Of a stretch of DNA of 64,000 nucleotides, positions 47,304 through 56,993 are shown piece after piece. This DNA comes from Patescibacteria group bacterium (GTDB lineage Bacteria > Patescibacteriota > WWE3 > 0-14-0-20-40-13): contig JAHINB010000003.1 in NCBI GenBank assembly GCA_018896215.1, positions 3,776 to 67,775 of the forward strand. The letters are read 5' to 3'. Position 1 is the first letter of the stretch. Each line of letters starts with the position of its first letter. The position numbers and the translations under genes were made by a program. A model generated the notes under the pieces. The model searched no databases, was not told the origin of the DNA, and saw only the letters and a list, made by a program, of their open reading frames with translations.

Positions 47304-48721
47304 ATCAACATCTCTTTAGCAATTTCGATTCTTTTTAGGGTTTCAGATTTTCCGAGCACTTCTATTACTTCTCCAAGCGGAGGAGAGAAAGAACCGCCAC
47401 AAAGAGCAATTCGAATAGGCATAAAAAACTGGCGGGGAGGTGTCCCCGATTCTTTTTGGAACTTGTGAAGCTCTTCGTCAATCTCTTTGGCAATCCAATG
47501 AGCGGGCTTTAAGTTGCTTAAGTAAGTTAAGTTAGTTGCGGTTAAGGGAGCCGACAATTTTGATTCTGAAAGCATTAATTTTATCAGCTCCTCCTTAGGC
47601 GTTTTTGTCTCATTAAAAAAATACCCCGCCAAATCCCAAAATTCATTAAGTCGTTTTAGGCGGTCTTTAATAAGAGGTAACACTTTATCCAATATCATCC
47701 CATCAAGATTTTTAATTGTAGTATCGAATTGAATTAATTTGTTTTTTAATTCCTCAACAGAAAGGTTTCTAATATAAACGCCGTTTATCCAATCAAGTTT
47801 TACAATATCAAAAACAGGGGCAGCCATCCGAACATCCTCAAATTTAAATTCTTTAATCATGGTATCCAAATCAAAAATTTCTTTTTCTTTATCTCTGCCC
47901 CAAATAGTTAGTGCCAAAAAGTTAATTAAAGCCTCTGGAAGGTAACCCTGTTCCTTGTACCAAAAAACCGAAGTGTGACCTTTGCGTTTAGAAAGTTTAC
48001 TTTTATCCAAATTTCTAAATAATGGCAGATGAACCCAAATAGGCTCCTGCCATCCAAAATAGCGATATAAAAGAACATGTTTGGGAGCTGATGACAACCA
48101 CTCCTCGCCTCTTATCACATACGTTATTCCCATCAAATGATCATCCACTGTAGCAGCCAGATGGTAGGTTGGAAATCCATCGGATTTAATTAAAACCTGA
48201 TCGTCAACAGAGTCGGAATTAAAGTGCACATCGCCTCTTAGCAAATCTTTAATCACAAGATCTTCGTTATCAGGAATAATCATTCTAATTACAAAAGGTT
48301 CCCCATTTTCCACTCTCTTTTTGGCTTCTACAGGATTTATTTTGCGACAGGTTCTATCATACATTGGAGGAAGTCTGCTTTCTTGTTTTTCCTTTCGTAT
48401 TTGTTCCAGCCGTTCCTTAGAGCAAAAGCAATAATAAGCCCGACCCTTATCAATCAACTGTTTGGCGTGCTCTTGATAGATTGGTAGCCTTTCTGATTGT
48501 TTATAAGGACCTTCATCATACTTGAGACCCAGCCAGTCCAGGGCATCAAAGATTGCTTTTTCTCCTTCGGCAACATATCTAGTTTTGTCAGTATCCTCAA
48601 TCCTTAAAATAAACTTTCCGCCAGATTCCTTTCGTGAGTACACAAAATCAAAAATTGGTTGTGAGATATTACCCACATGCAAAATTCCCGTGGGGGATGG
48701 GGCAAATCTGGTTATTATCAT
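47300..48721 (-). CDS. gltX: Glutamyl-tRNA synthetase
   Basis: RFAPSPTG.LHVGN, LRIEDTD, RGEEW, KLSKR. Confidence 0.97.
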   Translation of the reverse strand: MIITRFAPSPTGILHVGNISQPIFDFVYSRKESGGKFILRIEDTDKTRYVAEGEKAIFDALDWLGLKYDEGPYKQSERLPIYQEHAKQLIDKGRAYYCFCSKERLEQIRKEKQESRLPPMYDRTCRKINPVEAKKRVENGEPFVIRMIIPDNEDLVIKDLLRGDVHFNSDSVDDQVLIKSDGFPTYHLAATVDDHLMGITYVIRGEEWLSSAPKHVLLYRYFGWQEPIWVHLPLFRNLDKSKLSKRKGHTSVFWYKEQGYLPEALINFLALTIWGRDKEKEIFDLDTMIKEFKFEDVRMAAPVFDIVKLDWINGVYIRNLSVEELKNKLIQFDTTIKNLDGMILDKVLPLIKDRLKRLNEFWDLAGYFFNETKTPKEELIKLMLSESKLSAPLTATNLTYLSNLKPAHWIAKEIDEELHKFQKESGTPPRQFFMPIRIALCGGSFSPPLGEVIEVLGKSETLKRIEIAKEMLI

Positions 48722-48749
48722 ATTTCAAATTGTATCATAGAATAGAAGT

Positions 48750-51464
48750 ATGCCCCCGCAAAGTTCTAGCGTACTCATTGCAAGAGGAAATAATTTAGTT
48801 GGTCGCAAGCTTACCGAAAGGCTGCTTAGTAGTGGCTTTAAAGTTAGTCTAACTGCTACCCCATCACCTTTAGAAGAAATAAAGCTAAAGCCTTTTTTAG
48901 ATAATCCCAATTTTAAACTTTTAGCTTTAGGCAATATCGAAAAGATTAAAAAGGAATGCAACGATACCAAAGTTATCTACTATTTTATTAATGAGGCACA
49001 GCTCGATCCTAAAGAAACCCAAGATTTTGACAATATCCTAAATTTTGCAGTAACAATCAAAGCTCGGGTTATTTTAGTGTCTGATTTGTCTGTCTATCAG
49101 GGTGTTGTTTCATCTGCCAGCTTAGATGAATATTTTGGTACCAGCGAAAACGACGAAAAAAGATTTTCTCAAGTAGAGCATAAAAGATATTTGGAGGCGG
49201 TGGCATGGAAAGTCTTTAAGAACAAACAATTAGACTTAGCTTTAGTTCGGCTATCTACTGTTTACGGTTCCCAAATGGAATTTACCCAGTATCCAATGGG
49301 TTCTATGGTTAAAGATGTGTTAGAAAACCGCCCAATTGTGGTAAAGGGTAATGGGCTTTCGAAGCACTACTTTATGCATGTTGATGATGCAACAGAAGCG
49401 TTAATTAAAGTTTCTAGTCTTAGCGACTTTTCGGGAAAAATTTTAGTTGCAATTGACAAAAATCTTGTTGCCGAAATAGAAATTGCCTATCTGTTAAAAG
49501 CACTATCCAAAAAGAAAATCGAAATTAAATTTACTCCTGCAACAGACGAAATTGTGTTTACCGAACCACCCGCCTTAGATTTTGTGGATCTAAAAACAGT
49601 AGGTTTTTCTCCCAAAATTTCTTTAAAAGAAGGGCTTATGGGGGTGCTAGAGTACTACGGTTTTTTTAATTCTCTTCCCATTGTGGAACAAGTCTTACCA
49701 CAGGCTAGCTCAAGTTCAAAAAGTTCCTTGGAAGGGGTAGAGGGGGATAAGAAAGAGCAGAAGGATAAGGTAGGGAAGGTTAGGTTTGCTTTAATTTCAA
49801 TTGTTCTTTTTGCTCTGCTTGCACACCCATTAGTTTATACAGCTAAAGCTTATTTCGGGATTTCCTATTTTTACAAGTCTCTTAATTTTTTAAATGAATT
49901 AGATGTCGAAAAAGCGCAGTACAATGCTGCAAGAGCTTATAGCTTGCTCAAGCAAACATCCAAACCTCCTGCCTATTTAAATTACTTGCAGTTATCTAGC
50001 TTTCTAAAGGTCCATCTTTATGCGGTAACAGCAGAGATTAATTATTTAAAAGCTTATGATGCTTTTCCTGCAAATTACGAGGAGTCCGTTGCTTATACAA
50101 CACTTGCTGACACCAATTTAAGTCTGGCGCAAACAGAAAGTAAAAAGGTTTCCCAAAATTTCTTAAAGTCAAAAATGAACCAGCTTTTAAATCTTAATAG
50201 CTTATCAGTTTTGACCTCTAACCTTCCAGATCTTGTTAAGTCTTTGTATCAAATTATGGGATACGATAAACCAAAGTCGTACATCTTGTTATTTACCGAT
50301 ACCGCAAAACTGCGACCTACGGGAGGTACAATTGTTTCTTATGCCAAAGTATCTTTGGATAAAGGAAAGGTTATAAGTGTAGATGTAGATGATGGGAAAG
50401 CTGTGGATGGTACGCTACAAGAAAAGGACCTTCAAACAAAATCCCCCGAGCCTCTAGAGGTCTTACAGAAAGAACCAAATTTTGTCTTTTCTGACATGTT
50501 ATGGGAACCCTTTTTTCCAAGCAACGCAGGTTTTATTTTAGATACATTTAACAATATGGATAGAAAGGAATATTCGGGGGTGGTATCTTTAAATTCTCAA
50601 ATATTTAGCGAGTTGCTAAATGTAACTGGTGAAATTTATGTTTCCGCCAACGATCGATTGGTAAACGCGAACAATGTTCAAGGGGTGCTTAAATCGTATT
50701 TGGAGCAAGAAGGCAACGGTGTTAGTTTTGGGAATAAGTCTTTTGTTTCCAATTTAGTTTACAATATTTTCCAAAAGCTTCTAGAAGGAGGTTACTCCCA
50801 AAAACACCTCCTTAGTATTTTGTACAAAAATTTAAGCCAAAAGCAAATTTTGGCTTACATTCCGCAGACCTCATTTTTTTCCAAAATGAATTGGGATGGA
50901 AACACTCAAGCGGCGTCCCGCGCCGACTATCTTTTTGTTGTAGATGCTAACCTGTCGGGGGCAAGAACTAACGATTTTATTAAAAGGGATATCTCTTATA
51001 TTGTTAACAAATCCGATGTTGGTGACGGTCTTTCGTCGACCCTTACAATAGGCTATGGGCATACGGGAAAATCCAATGCTTGGCCCGGCGGATCGTATGT
51101 AAATTACTTAAGGGTTCTTGTTCCTTATGGATCAAAAGTGGTAGGCGCTAAAATAATTGATGCTACCAGCCAAAAAAGTACAAATATTTTAAACGGGATT
51201 GCTACAAACAAAAAAGGGTTTCTGACCAGTTTTGAGACAAGCTTTGAAATTAAAGCTCAAGAAAAAATTAAAGTGCAATTAGTCTACGATTTACCACTTA
51301 CAGTTTTTGATTCATCCCGTATCGAAAAAGGTTATTCGTTGGTAGTTCAAAAACAATCGGGAACGGTAGCCGACCCTTTTAATTTTGTTTTTAATGCAGG
51401 TGCCGAATCGTTTAAGTCTCAAACGCTTTTAAGCGAGGACAGATATTTTGACATTAAACCTTAG
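48750..51464 (+). CDS. Degenerate NAD-dependent epimerase domain fused via a TM helix to a DUF4012 extracellular domain
   Basis: N-terminal SDR-like (VRLSTVYG, FMHVDDA); C-terminal LRPTGG, DYLFVVDANL, YVNYLRVLVP, VQKQSG. Confidence 0.75.
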   Translation: MPPQSSSVLIARGNNLVGRKLTERLLSSGFKVSLTATPSPLEEIKLKPFLDNPNFKLLALGNIEKIKKECNDTKVIYYFINEAQLDPKETQDFDNILNFAVTIKARVILVSDLSVYQGVVSSASLDEYFGTSENDEKRFSQVEHKRYLEAVAWKVFKNKQLDLALVRLSTVYGSQMEFTQYPMGSMVKDVLENRPIVVKGNGLSKHYFMHVDDATEALIKVSSLSDFSGKILVAIDKNLVAEIEIAYLLKALSKKKIEIKFTPATDEIVFTEPPALDFVDLKTVGFSPKISLKEGLMGVLEYYGFFNSLPIVEQVLPQASSSSKSSLEGVEGDKKEQKDKVGKVRFALISIVLFALLAHPLVYTAKAYFGISYFYKSLNFLNELDVEKAQYNAARAYSLLKQTSKPPAYLNYLQLSSFLKVHLYAVTAEINYLKAYDAFPANYEESVAYTTLADTNLSLAQTESKKVSQNFLKSKMNQLLNLNSLSVLTSNLPDLVKSLYQIMGYDKPKSYILLFTDTAKLRPTGGTIVSYAKVSLDKGKVISVDVDDGKAVDGTLQEKDLQTKSPEPLEVLQKEPNFVFSDMLWEPFFPSNAGFILDTFNNMDRKEYSGVVSLNSQIFSELLNVTGEIYVSANDRLVNANNVQGVLKSYLEQEGNGVSFGNKSFVSNLVYNIFQKLLEGGYSQKHLLSILYKNLSQKQILAYIPQTSFFSKMNWDGNTQAASRADYLFVVDANLSGARTNDFIKRDISYIVNKSDVGDGLSSTLTIGYGHTGKSNAWPGGSYVNYLRVLVPYGSKVVGAKIIDATSQKSTNILNGIATNKKGFLTSFETSFEIKAQEKIKVQLVYDLPLTVFDSSRIEKGYSLVVQKQSGTVADPFNFVFNAGAESFKSQTLLSEDRYFDIKP

Positions 51465-51476
51465 AATCTAAAAATA

Positions 51477-52787
51477 CTATTCCAACCTCTTATATTCTAG
51501 CGATTTTGTTTCAAAGTAGGTGGAGAAAATTTGTGGGATGCTGTTGCGAGATTGAATAGGGGAACAGGTCAAAATATCCACATGCAAAAGCATAAGTTCT
51601 GGCCAGGTGTGAATGGTCATATTGCTTTGACTAAGCACAAAATTAATTGTAATTCCGCCCCCAGGAAATTTTTTGTAGGAGCTGGTAACAGCGTTTAATT
51701 TAAGGTCCTTTAAAACTTTCTCTAGCCTTGCAATCAATTCCTTTTTATTTTCCAAAACCTTAATTGGAATCTCAAAGAGTCTTAGGGTGTGGTGCTCAAT
51801 ATAAGGAAATTTTGCAACGCTGGTATTTTGGTAGGTATAAATATCTTTCTCATTGTAATAAATAGAATCTGCCGTCGTGGTGTTAGTTGTTCTTAAAACA
51901 TAAATTGAGCTTGCGCTTCCAATGCTCTTTGCTCCAAAATAGTGGTTAAATTTGTCAATTTTATCTTCGATGACTAAATTAAAAGAATTGATAATCTCTT
52001 GAATTTTTAGAAACCTCTCGTTCGTCTTAAAGCTTGCTCCAAAACATAAAAAAATGTATTTTCCCTCACCTTTTTGTAAACCCTCAATAGCCCGCCTTAA
52101 AAAGAGGGTAATTCCCATGGGGGTATAGGGTGGGTCGGTAATTACAGTGTCAAAATTTCCTGCTGATCTTAAAGGTTTTCTTAAGTCTGCTTCGACTATT
52201 TTTATCTCCCAACCACGAGATTCCTTCTCATCATTGATAATTTTAATGATATCGGGATCAATTTCGTAAACTGTGGTAAGACTGGGCTTTCCAACTAAAT
52301 TTGCTGTAAGCGAGACCAAATCGTCGTCGCCCAGTATCAGTAGCCTTTTTTTGTCTAACGCCCCCTTGGTTTTCATGATCAGGGATTTGGCAACCGAAGT
52401 TTTGGGGGTGGCAAAAAACTGGTCGTATTCTCTTTTGGCAGTAAGTTTGTGTTTTTCTCTTACGATTTTAATCGACTCTTCAATCGCTACATCATCAAAG
52501 TTTACTAGACTCCAAATGTAGGGAGAAAAATCGTTATTGTTGATGAATTCTTTAGGAAGCCCGTTAATCTTGGTCAATAAGTTTTGGAGAGTCGCTTCGG
52601 GAACGCCAGTTTGTAGAATCAAATCGGAGAACTCTAATTTTCCAGCACTTTTAATTAAATTTAGAACACCTTCCACCTCGGCTTCTTTAAGCCCTGTTTG
52701 TTGTGCTAGTTGTCCGATTATTTTTTCCATGCCTCTGATTTTATCAGAAAGGACAGACTCTTGCGTTTTTGTTAGAAATATACTCAT
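51477..52787 (-). CDS. Branched-chain polyamine synthase BpsA-like aminopropyltransferase fused to a SAM decarboxylase (SpeD)-like domain
   Basis: EYDQ, LGDDDLVSL, YEID, DLRKPL, TDPPYT; C-terminal FPGGGIT..LSQSNMTIHTWPE..DILTC. Confidence 0.8.
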   Translation of the reverse strand: MSIFLTKTQESVLSDKIRGMEKIIGQLAQQTGLKEAEVEGVLNLIKSAGKLEFSDLILQTGVPEATLQNLLTKINGLPKEFINNNDFSPYIWSLVNFDDVAIEESIKIVREKHKLTAKREYDQFFATPKTSVAKSLIMKTKGALDKKRLLILGDDDLVSLTANLVGKPSLTTVYEIDPDIIKIINDEKESRGWEIKIVEADLRKPLRSAGNFDTVITDPPYTPMGITLFLRRAIEGLQKGEGKYIFLCFGASFKTNERFLKIQEIINSFNLVIEDKIDKFNHYFGAKSIGSASSIYVLRTTNTTTADSIYYNEKDIYTYQNTSVAKFPYIEHHTLRLFEIPIKVLENKKELIARLEKVLKDLKLNAVTSSYKKFPGGGITINFVLSQSNMTIHTWPELMLLHVDILTCSPIQSRNSIPQIFSTYFETKSLEYKRLE

Positions 52788-52843
52788 AATAGTTGGTAAC
52801 TCCCCCTTCTTTAAATTAGTAGGAAGATTTGTTAAATCTTGGT

Positions 52844-54193
52844 ATGAAAAAAATTTATGAGGTCATAATTGTTGGCGCTGGTCCCGCTGGTCTTTTTGCC
52901 GGATTAGAGCTTGCAAAACAGGGTGTAACAGATGTTTTAATTTTGGAAAAAGGAAATAGCATTAAAACCAGAACAAAGCAGGAAACCATGTGGGGAGTGG
53001 GTGGTTCGGGAACTTTTAGTGACGGCAAATTGCATTTTAGTTTAAATTTAAGCCAAGAAAGGCTTTTGGATTTTGTAGAAAGAGATGAGGCTCAAGAGCT
53101 TTTGGATTATGTAGAAAGCACGCTTTTGGATTTTGGGGTTACGGCTCCTGTTACCCCAACCAATCTGGAGGATGCTACTTGCTTTGTTAAAAACTGCCAA
53201 AGAAATAACATAAAACTTTATACCCGTAAGTGTCGTCATGTAGGAAGCGATGTTTTGCCTAGTATTATTGGCAATATTACAGATAGTCTTGCGAAATCGA
53301 GGATACAAATAAAACCCAACTGCGAAGTCACGGAGTTTAAAAAGGAGAAAAATATCTTTAATATTAAAACCAACCAGGGAGACTACCGTGCAAAAGTACT
53401 ACTTGTTGCTCCTGGACGAGGGGGAACCAAGTGGCTTCAAAATATTGCCAAAGATTTAAAAATTGGCTATGAATACCAAAAAGTTGAGATTGGCATCCGT
53501 CATGAATTCCCTGCTTCGGTTACCGAGGAACAATCAAAGGTAATGTACGAGGCAATTTATAGTGTACAAACCCCAACTTTTGATGATACCGTTCGGACAC
53601 TTTGCCCTTGTCCTAATGGTCTTGTAGCAGTTGAGGATTACGGGTCTTATATTTGTGTCAACGGGCATTCCAGTTCCAAAAACGAATCCCCCAATAGTAA
53701 TTTTGCTCTGGTGCAAGAGGTGGTTTTAACCGAGCCTGTGGAAAACACCACTGATTATGCAATTTCTATCGCAAAGTTGGCAACAACTCTTGGCGGGGGA
53801 AGACCTTTAATTCAGCGGTTGGCTGATTTGCAGAGTGGTAGAAGAAGCACGCAATCCAGAATTGCCAAAAGCAATATTACCCCAAGTTTAAAAGACGCTA
53901 CCCCCGGAGATATCTCCATGGCGCTACCATACAGAATCGTGAGAAACCTTTTGGAGACGCTGGAGATTTTGGATAAAGTTTTACCGGGAATTAACGCTGG
54001 TTCCAATTTTTTATACGCGCCAGAAATAAAACTGCGAGGCTCCAGAATTATAACCAATAAATTTTTGGAGACACAAATTAAAGGGTTGTTTGTGGCGGGA
54101 GATGGGGCGGGGGTTTCGGGTAACATTGTCGGCGCCGCCGCAACCGGTGTTATCGCCGCAAGGGGAATTAACTCTGTTTTTCTCAAAAAATAG
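52844..54193 (+). CDS. Uncharacterised FAD-dependent oxidoreductase (COG2509-like)
   Basis: GAGPAGLFA, GGSGTFSDGK, VRTLCPCPNG, VNGHS, LYAPEIK, AGDGAG. Confidence 0.85.
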   Translation: MKKIYEVIIVGAGPAGLFAGLELAKQGVTDVLILEKGNSIKTRTKQETMWGVGGSGTFSDGKLHFSLNLSQERLLDFVERDEAQELLDYVESTLLDFGVTAPVTPTNLEDATCFVKNCQRNNIKLYTRKCRHVGSDVLPSIIGNITDSLAKSRIQIKPNCEVTEFKKEKNIFNIKTNQGDYRAKVLLVAPGRGGTKWLQNIAKDLKIGYEYQKVEIGIRHEFPASVTEEQSKVMYEAIYSVQTPTFDDTVRTLCPCPNGLVAVEDYGSYICVNGHSSSKNESPNSNFALVQEVVLTEPVENTTDYAISIAKLATTLGGGRPLIQRLADLQSGRRSTQSRIAKSNITPSLKDATPGDISMALPYRIVRNLLETLEILDKVLPGINAGSNFLYAPEIKLRGSRIITNKFLETQIKGLFVAGDGAGVSGNIVGAAATGVIAARGINSVFLKK

Positions 54194-54300
54194 TTTGCTT
54201 TATGTAACTTATAGCCATTGTTGTTTATCTTGTGTAGATCGTATAAAATTTGGCAGTTCAAAACAACACTAGGTTGCATCACTCACACAAGGAGGAGGAA

Positions 54301-55386
54301 ATGAACACAGGTGCCGTATTGGTAGGGGACGCTTTTTGGGGCGACAGTGGCAAGGGTAAAGGTGCCGCCTGGCTTGCGCTGATGTATAGCGCACAGATAG
54401 TTCTTCGTGGGGGCGGGGGTCCCAACGCCGAACATGGGATCTTTGTGGGAGAGCACTATGTTCGAACCAACCAGCTTCCGCTTAGTTGGATTTTAGCAGG
54501 ATGTCCGATTGCGATTGGGTCTGGGACTGCAGTGGATCCAGTCAAGTTGCTTTCCGAGATGGAAAGATTTGGTCTTGGTTCTGATAGAGTCCACATAGAT
54601 CCCCGTTGCCCTATAGTGGAAAGCAGGCACATAGCACAAGAGGTAGCAGATGCGGATATGGAAGCCATTGGTTCGACAAAGAGTGGGACGGGAGCCACAC
54701 TGGTCGAATTTCTACGACGAGGAGAAGAGGTACGGCAAGCAAAAGATGTACCGCAACTTGCACCACTTATCCAAGATGTTGTGGTACTCTCCAACAAACT
54801 GGCAAGGGATGGGGTTGTGGTCGTTGAGGATGGCCAGGGATTTTGGCTGTCCTCGCGCTATGGAGAATATCCTAATGTGACCTCCAAGAACTGTACAACT
54901 GGGGCCATGATCGATGCCATAGGTCTGGGTTGGAGGTTAATCGGGGAAGTTTGGCTTATGGTGAAATCAAAACCCACGAGAGAGGGGAAGGGTGGTATGG
55001 GAAAATGCAGAGAGCTTACACTAAAAGAGATGAGACGGAGGGGGTTAGTGGAAGCCAGTTCGATTGGGGGTGTTCCCAGAAGGAAAGTTGATGGGATCGA
55101 CTTCGACCTGCTGAAATACGCAGTTATGGTCAATGCACCGACTCACATTGCGTTGACCTTCGCAGAGCACCACGACCCCGAAGTTTCTGGGGTTACGAGT
55201 GCCGATAAGCTTACGCCAAAGACGAGGGAACTCATCGCAAGAGTTGAGAGGGAAACGGGGGTGCCGGTGGGGATGGTCGACACGGGAAAGCAGTTCAACC
55301 ATGTTGTCAGTATCCCCCCGACGATGCCTATTCCCGAGCTGGACGAGAAAACGCTTGCCCGTTTGGCGTCGTATGTAGGGAGGTAG
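54301..55386 (+). CDS. purA: Short, divergent adenylosuccinate synthetase (PurA) family protein
   Basis: GDSGKGK, PNAEH, IGSTKSGTG, GQGFWLS..YPNVTS, PTRE.G; SD AGGAGG; GC-rich. Confidence 0.8.
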   Translation: MNTGAVLVGDAFWGDSGKGKGAAWLALMYSAQIVLRGGGGPNAEHGIFVGEHYVRTNQLPLSWILAGCPIAIGSGTAVDPVKLLSEMERFGLGSDRVHIDPRCPIVESRHIAQEVADADMEAIGSTKSGTGATLVEFLRRGEEVRQAKDVPQLAPLIQDVVVLSNKLARDGVVVVEDGQGFWLSSRYGEYPNVTSKNCTTGAMIDAIGLGWRLIGEVWLMVKSKPTREGKGGMGKCRELTLKEMRRRGLVEASSIGGVPRRKVDGIDFDLLKYAVMVNAPTHIALTFAEHHDPEVSGVTSADKLTPKTRELIARVERETGVPVGMVDTGKQFNHVVSIPPTMPIPELDEKTLARLASYVGR

Positions 55387-55404
55387 ATAGGTAGTAGTGG
55401 CCTT

Positions 55405-55463
55405 GGGGGACACAACGGATACAGCGCTAAGGTAGCGTTCCGTTGCTTGTCCCCTGTTGTTTT
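55405..55463 (+). terminator. Hairpin, probable terminator after the purA-like gene
   Basis: GGGGACA-CAACGGA..TCCGTTG-CT-TGTCCCC then TGTTGTTTT. Confidence 0.6.
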
Positions 55464-55494
55464 TGTGGTAAAATAGATGCGGAGGTGAGGATTT

Positions 55495-56079
55495 ATGATA
55501 TTTTTACTGCTCTTTGTTCCCTTAATCGCCATGGCTTTATATGCCATTGGCGTCTACAACTTTTTAGCTACGGCAAAAGTTAGAATCAAAGCTTCTATCC
55601 AAGAAATTGGCAACCAGTTAAAACGCCAAGCGGAGTTAATTCCAAATTTAGAGGAGTCTGTTAAAGGCTATCTTAAGCACGAGAAGGAAATATTTGCCCT
55701 TTTAACATCAGCTAGAAAGAGCGTAGCGTCTGCCATAGACTCCAATAATTTAGGAGAGATGGTAAAGGCTAGCGACTCTCTGGCAAAAATTTTGCCTTCT
55801 ATTCAAGCGACCTTCGAGAGTAATCCCGAAATAAAAGCTTCGGAGTTGGTCAAAAACCTAATGTCAAATCTGACTGATACTGCGGACAAAGTTTCCTACT
55901 CAAGAAGGCTTTTAATTGATTTGACAGCGGATTATAATGCCAAATTGGTGACTTTTCCCTCGAGCGTTGTTGCCAATTTGTTTGGGTTTAAAGCCGAGGC
56001 AGGTCTTACGACACCAGAAACGGGAAGCCATGTAGAAGTTTCGTCGACCGATGTAATTACTCCAAAGGTTAAACTTTAG
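55495..56079 (+). CDS. lemA: LemA family protein
   Basis: YN.L, QLKRQAELIPNL, GYLKHE, PEIKAS, FPSSVVANLFGF. Confidence 0.9.
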   Translation: MIFLLLFVPLIAMALYAIGVYNFLATAKVRIKASIQEIGNQLKRQAELIPNLEESVKGYLKHEKEIFALLTSARKSVASAIDSNNLGEMVKASDSLAKILPSIQATFESNPEIKASELVKNLMSNLTDTADKVSYSRRLLIDLTADYNAKLVTFPSSVVANLFGFKAEAGLTTPETGSHVEVSSTDVITPKVKL

Positions 56080-56082
56080 GCT

Positions 56083-56988
56083 ATGTCTACGGTTGTAAAT
56101 TTTTACGAAAGGCAAGAGGAAAACACCCTAAAAACCCTGCTTTTGTTTGTGGGGTTTGTGGTGGTGCTGTGCCTTTTTGGTTATTTTATTGGTTACATTT
56201 ATAATGATTCCCAATATTTAGTGCCTTTAGCCTTTTTATTTTCGCTTACCACCTCTTTTTTTAGTTACTATTTTAGCGATTCGGTTATTTTGTCACTCTC
56301 CAAAGCAACAGTTGCCAATAAAAAGCAGTATTTTGACTACTACAGCGTGGTGGAAAATATTTGTTTGGGAACAGGGTTGCCAATGCCCCGATTGTATGTG
56401 ATTAATGATACCAGCCCCAACGCCTTTGCTACAGGAAGAGACAAAAATCACGCTACAATTGTTGCTACAACCGGGCTTTTGGACCAGCTTTCTCGACCAG
56501 AATTAGAGGGGGTTATGGCACACGAGCTTTCTCATGTTGGCAATAACGATATGTTGCTAATGACCGTAGTTGCGGTATTGGTAGGAACTGTGGTTATGGT
56601 AATGGACTGGTTTTGGAGGGTAAGAGTGAGAATCAATGATAATGACAACAAGCAAGCGGGGGCTATTTTTATGATACTGGCGTTGTTATTTGCAATTTTG
56701 ACTCCAATTATTGCTCAACTTATTAAATTTGCTATATCAAGACAACGAGAATTTATGGCTGATGCCACAGCTGTGCGCTATACCCGCAATCCTAATGGTT
56801 TAATATCTGCCCTCACCAAAGTTGCTTCCTCCAAAGAACCCTTGGAAGTTGCCAACAAGGCCACCGCCCATTTATATTTTGAAAATCCTTTGGATAATGT
56901 GGAAGGCGATGGGGTCGGTCGCTTTAAAAACCTCTTTTCCACCCACCCACCTGTTTCCGAAAGGATAAAAAGATTAAAAGCAATGTAG
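56083..56988 (+). CDS. htpX: M48 zinc metalloprotease HtpX
   Basis: PNAFATG, AHELSH, SRQREFMADA, FSTHPP. Confidence 0.93.
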   Translation: MSTVVNFYERQEENTLKTLLLFVGFVVVLCLFGYFIGYIYNDSQYLVPLAFLFSLTTSFFSYYFSDSVILSLSKATVANKKQYFDYYSVVENICLGTGLPMPRLYVINDTSPNAFATGRDKNHATIVATTGLLDQLSRPELEGVMAHELSHVGNNDMLLMTVVAVLVGTVVMVMDWFWRVRVRINDNDNKQAGAIFMILALLFAILTPIIAQLIKFAISRQREFMADATAVRYTRNPNGLISALTKVASSKEPLEVANKATAHLYFENPLDNVEGDGVGRFKNLFSTHPPVSERIKRLKAM

Positions 56989-56993
56989 CAATC

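Noticed and set aside
54301-55386. PurZ (Z-genome) call
   Set aside because: The catalytic Asp of GDxGKG is retained, and there is no dATPase/MazZ or phage context.
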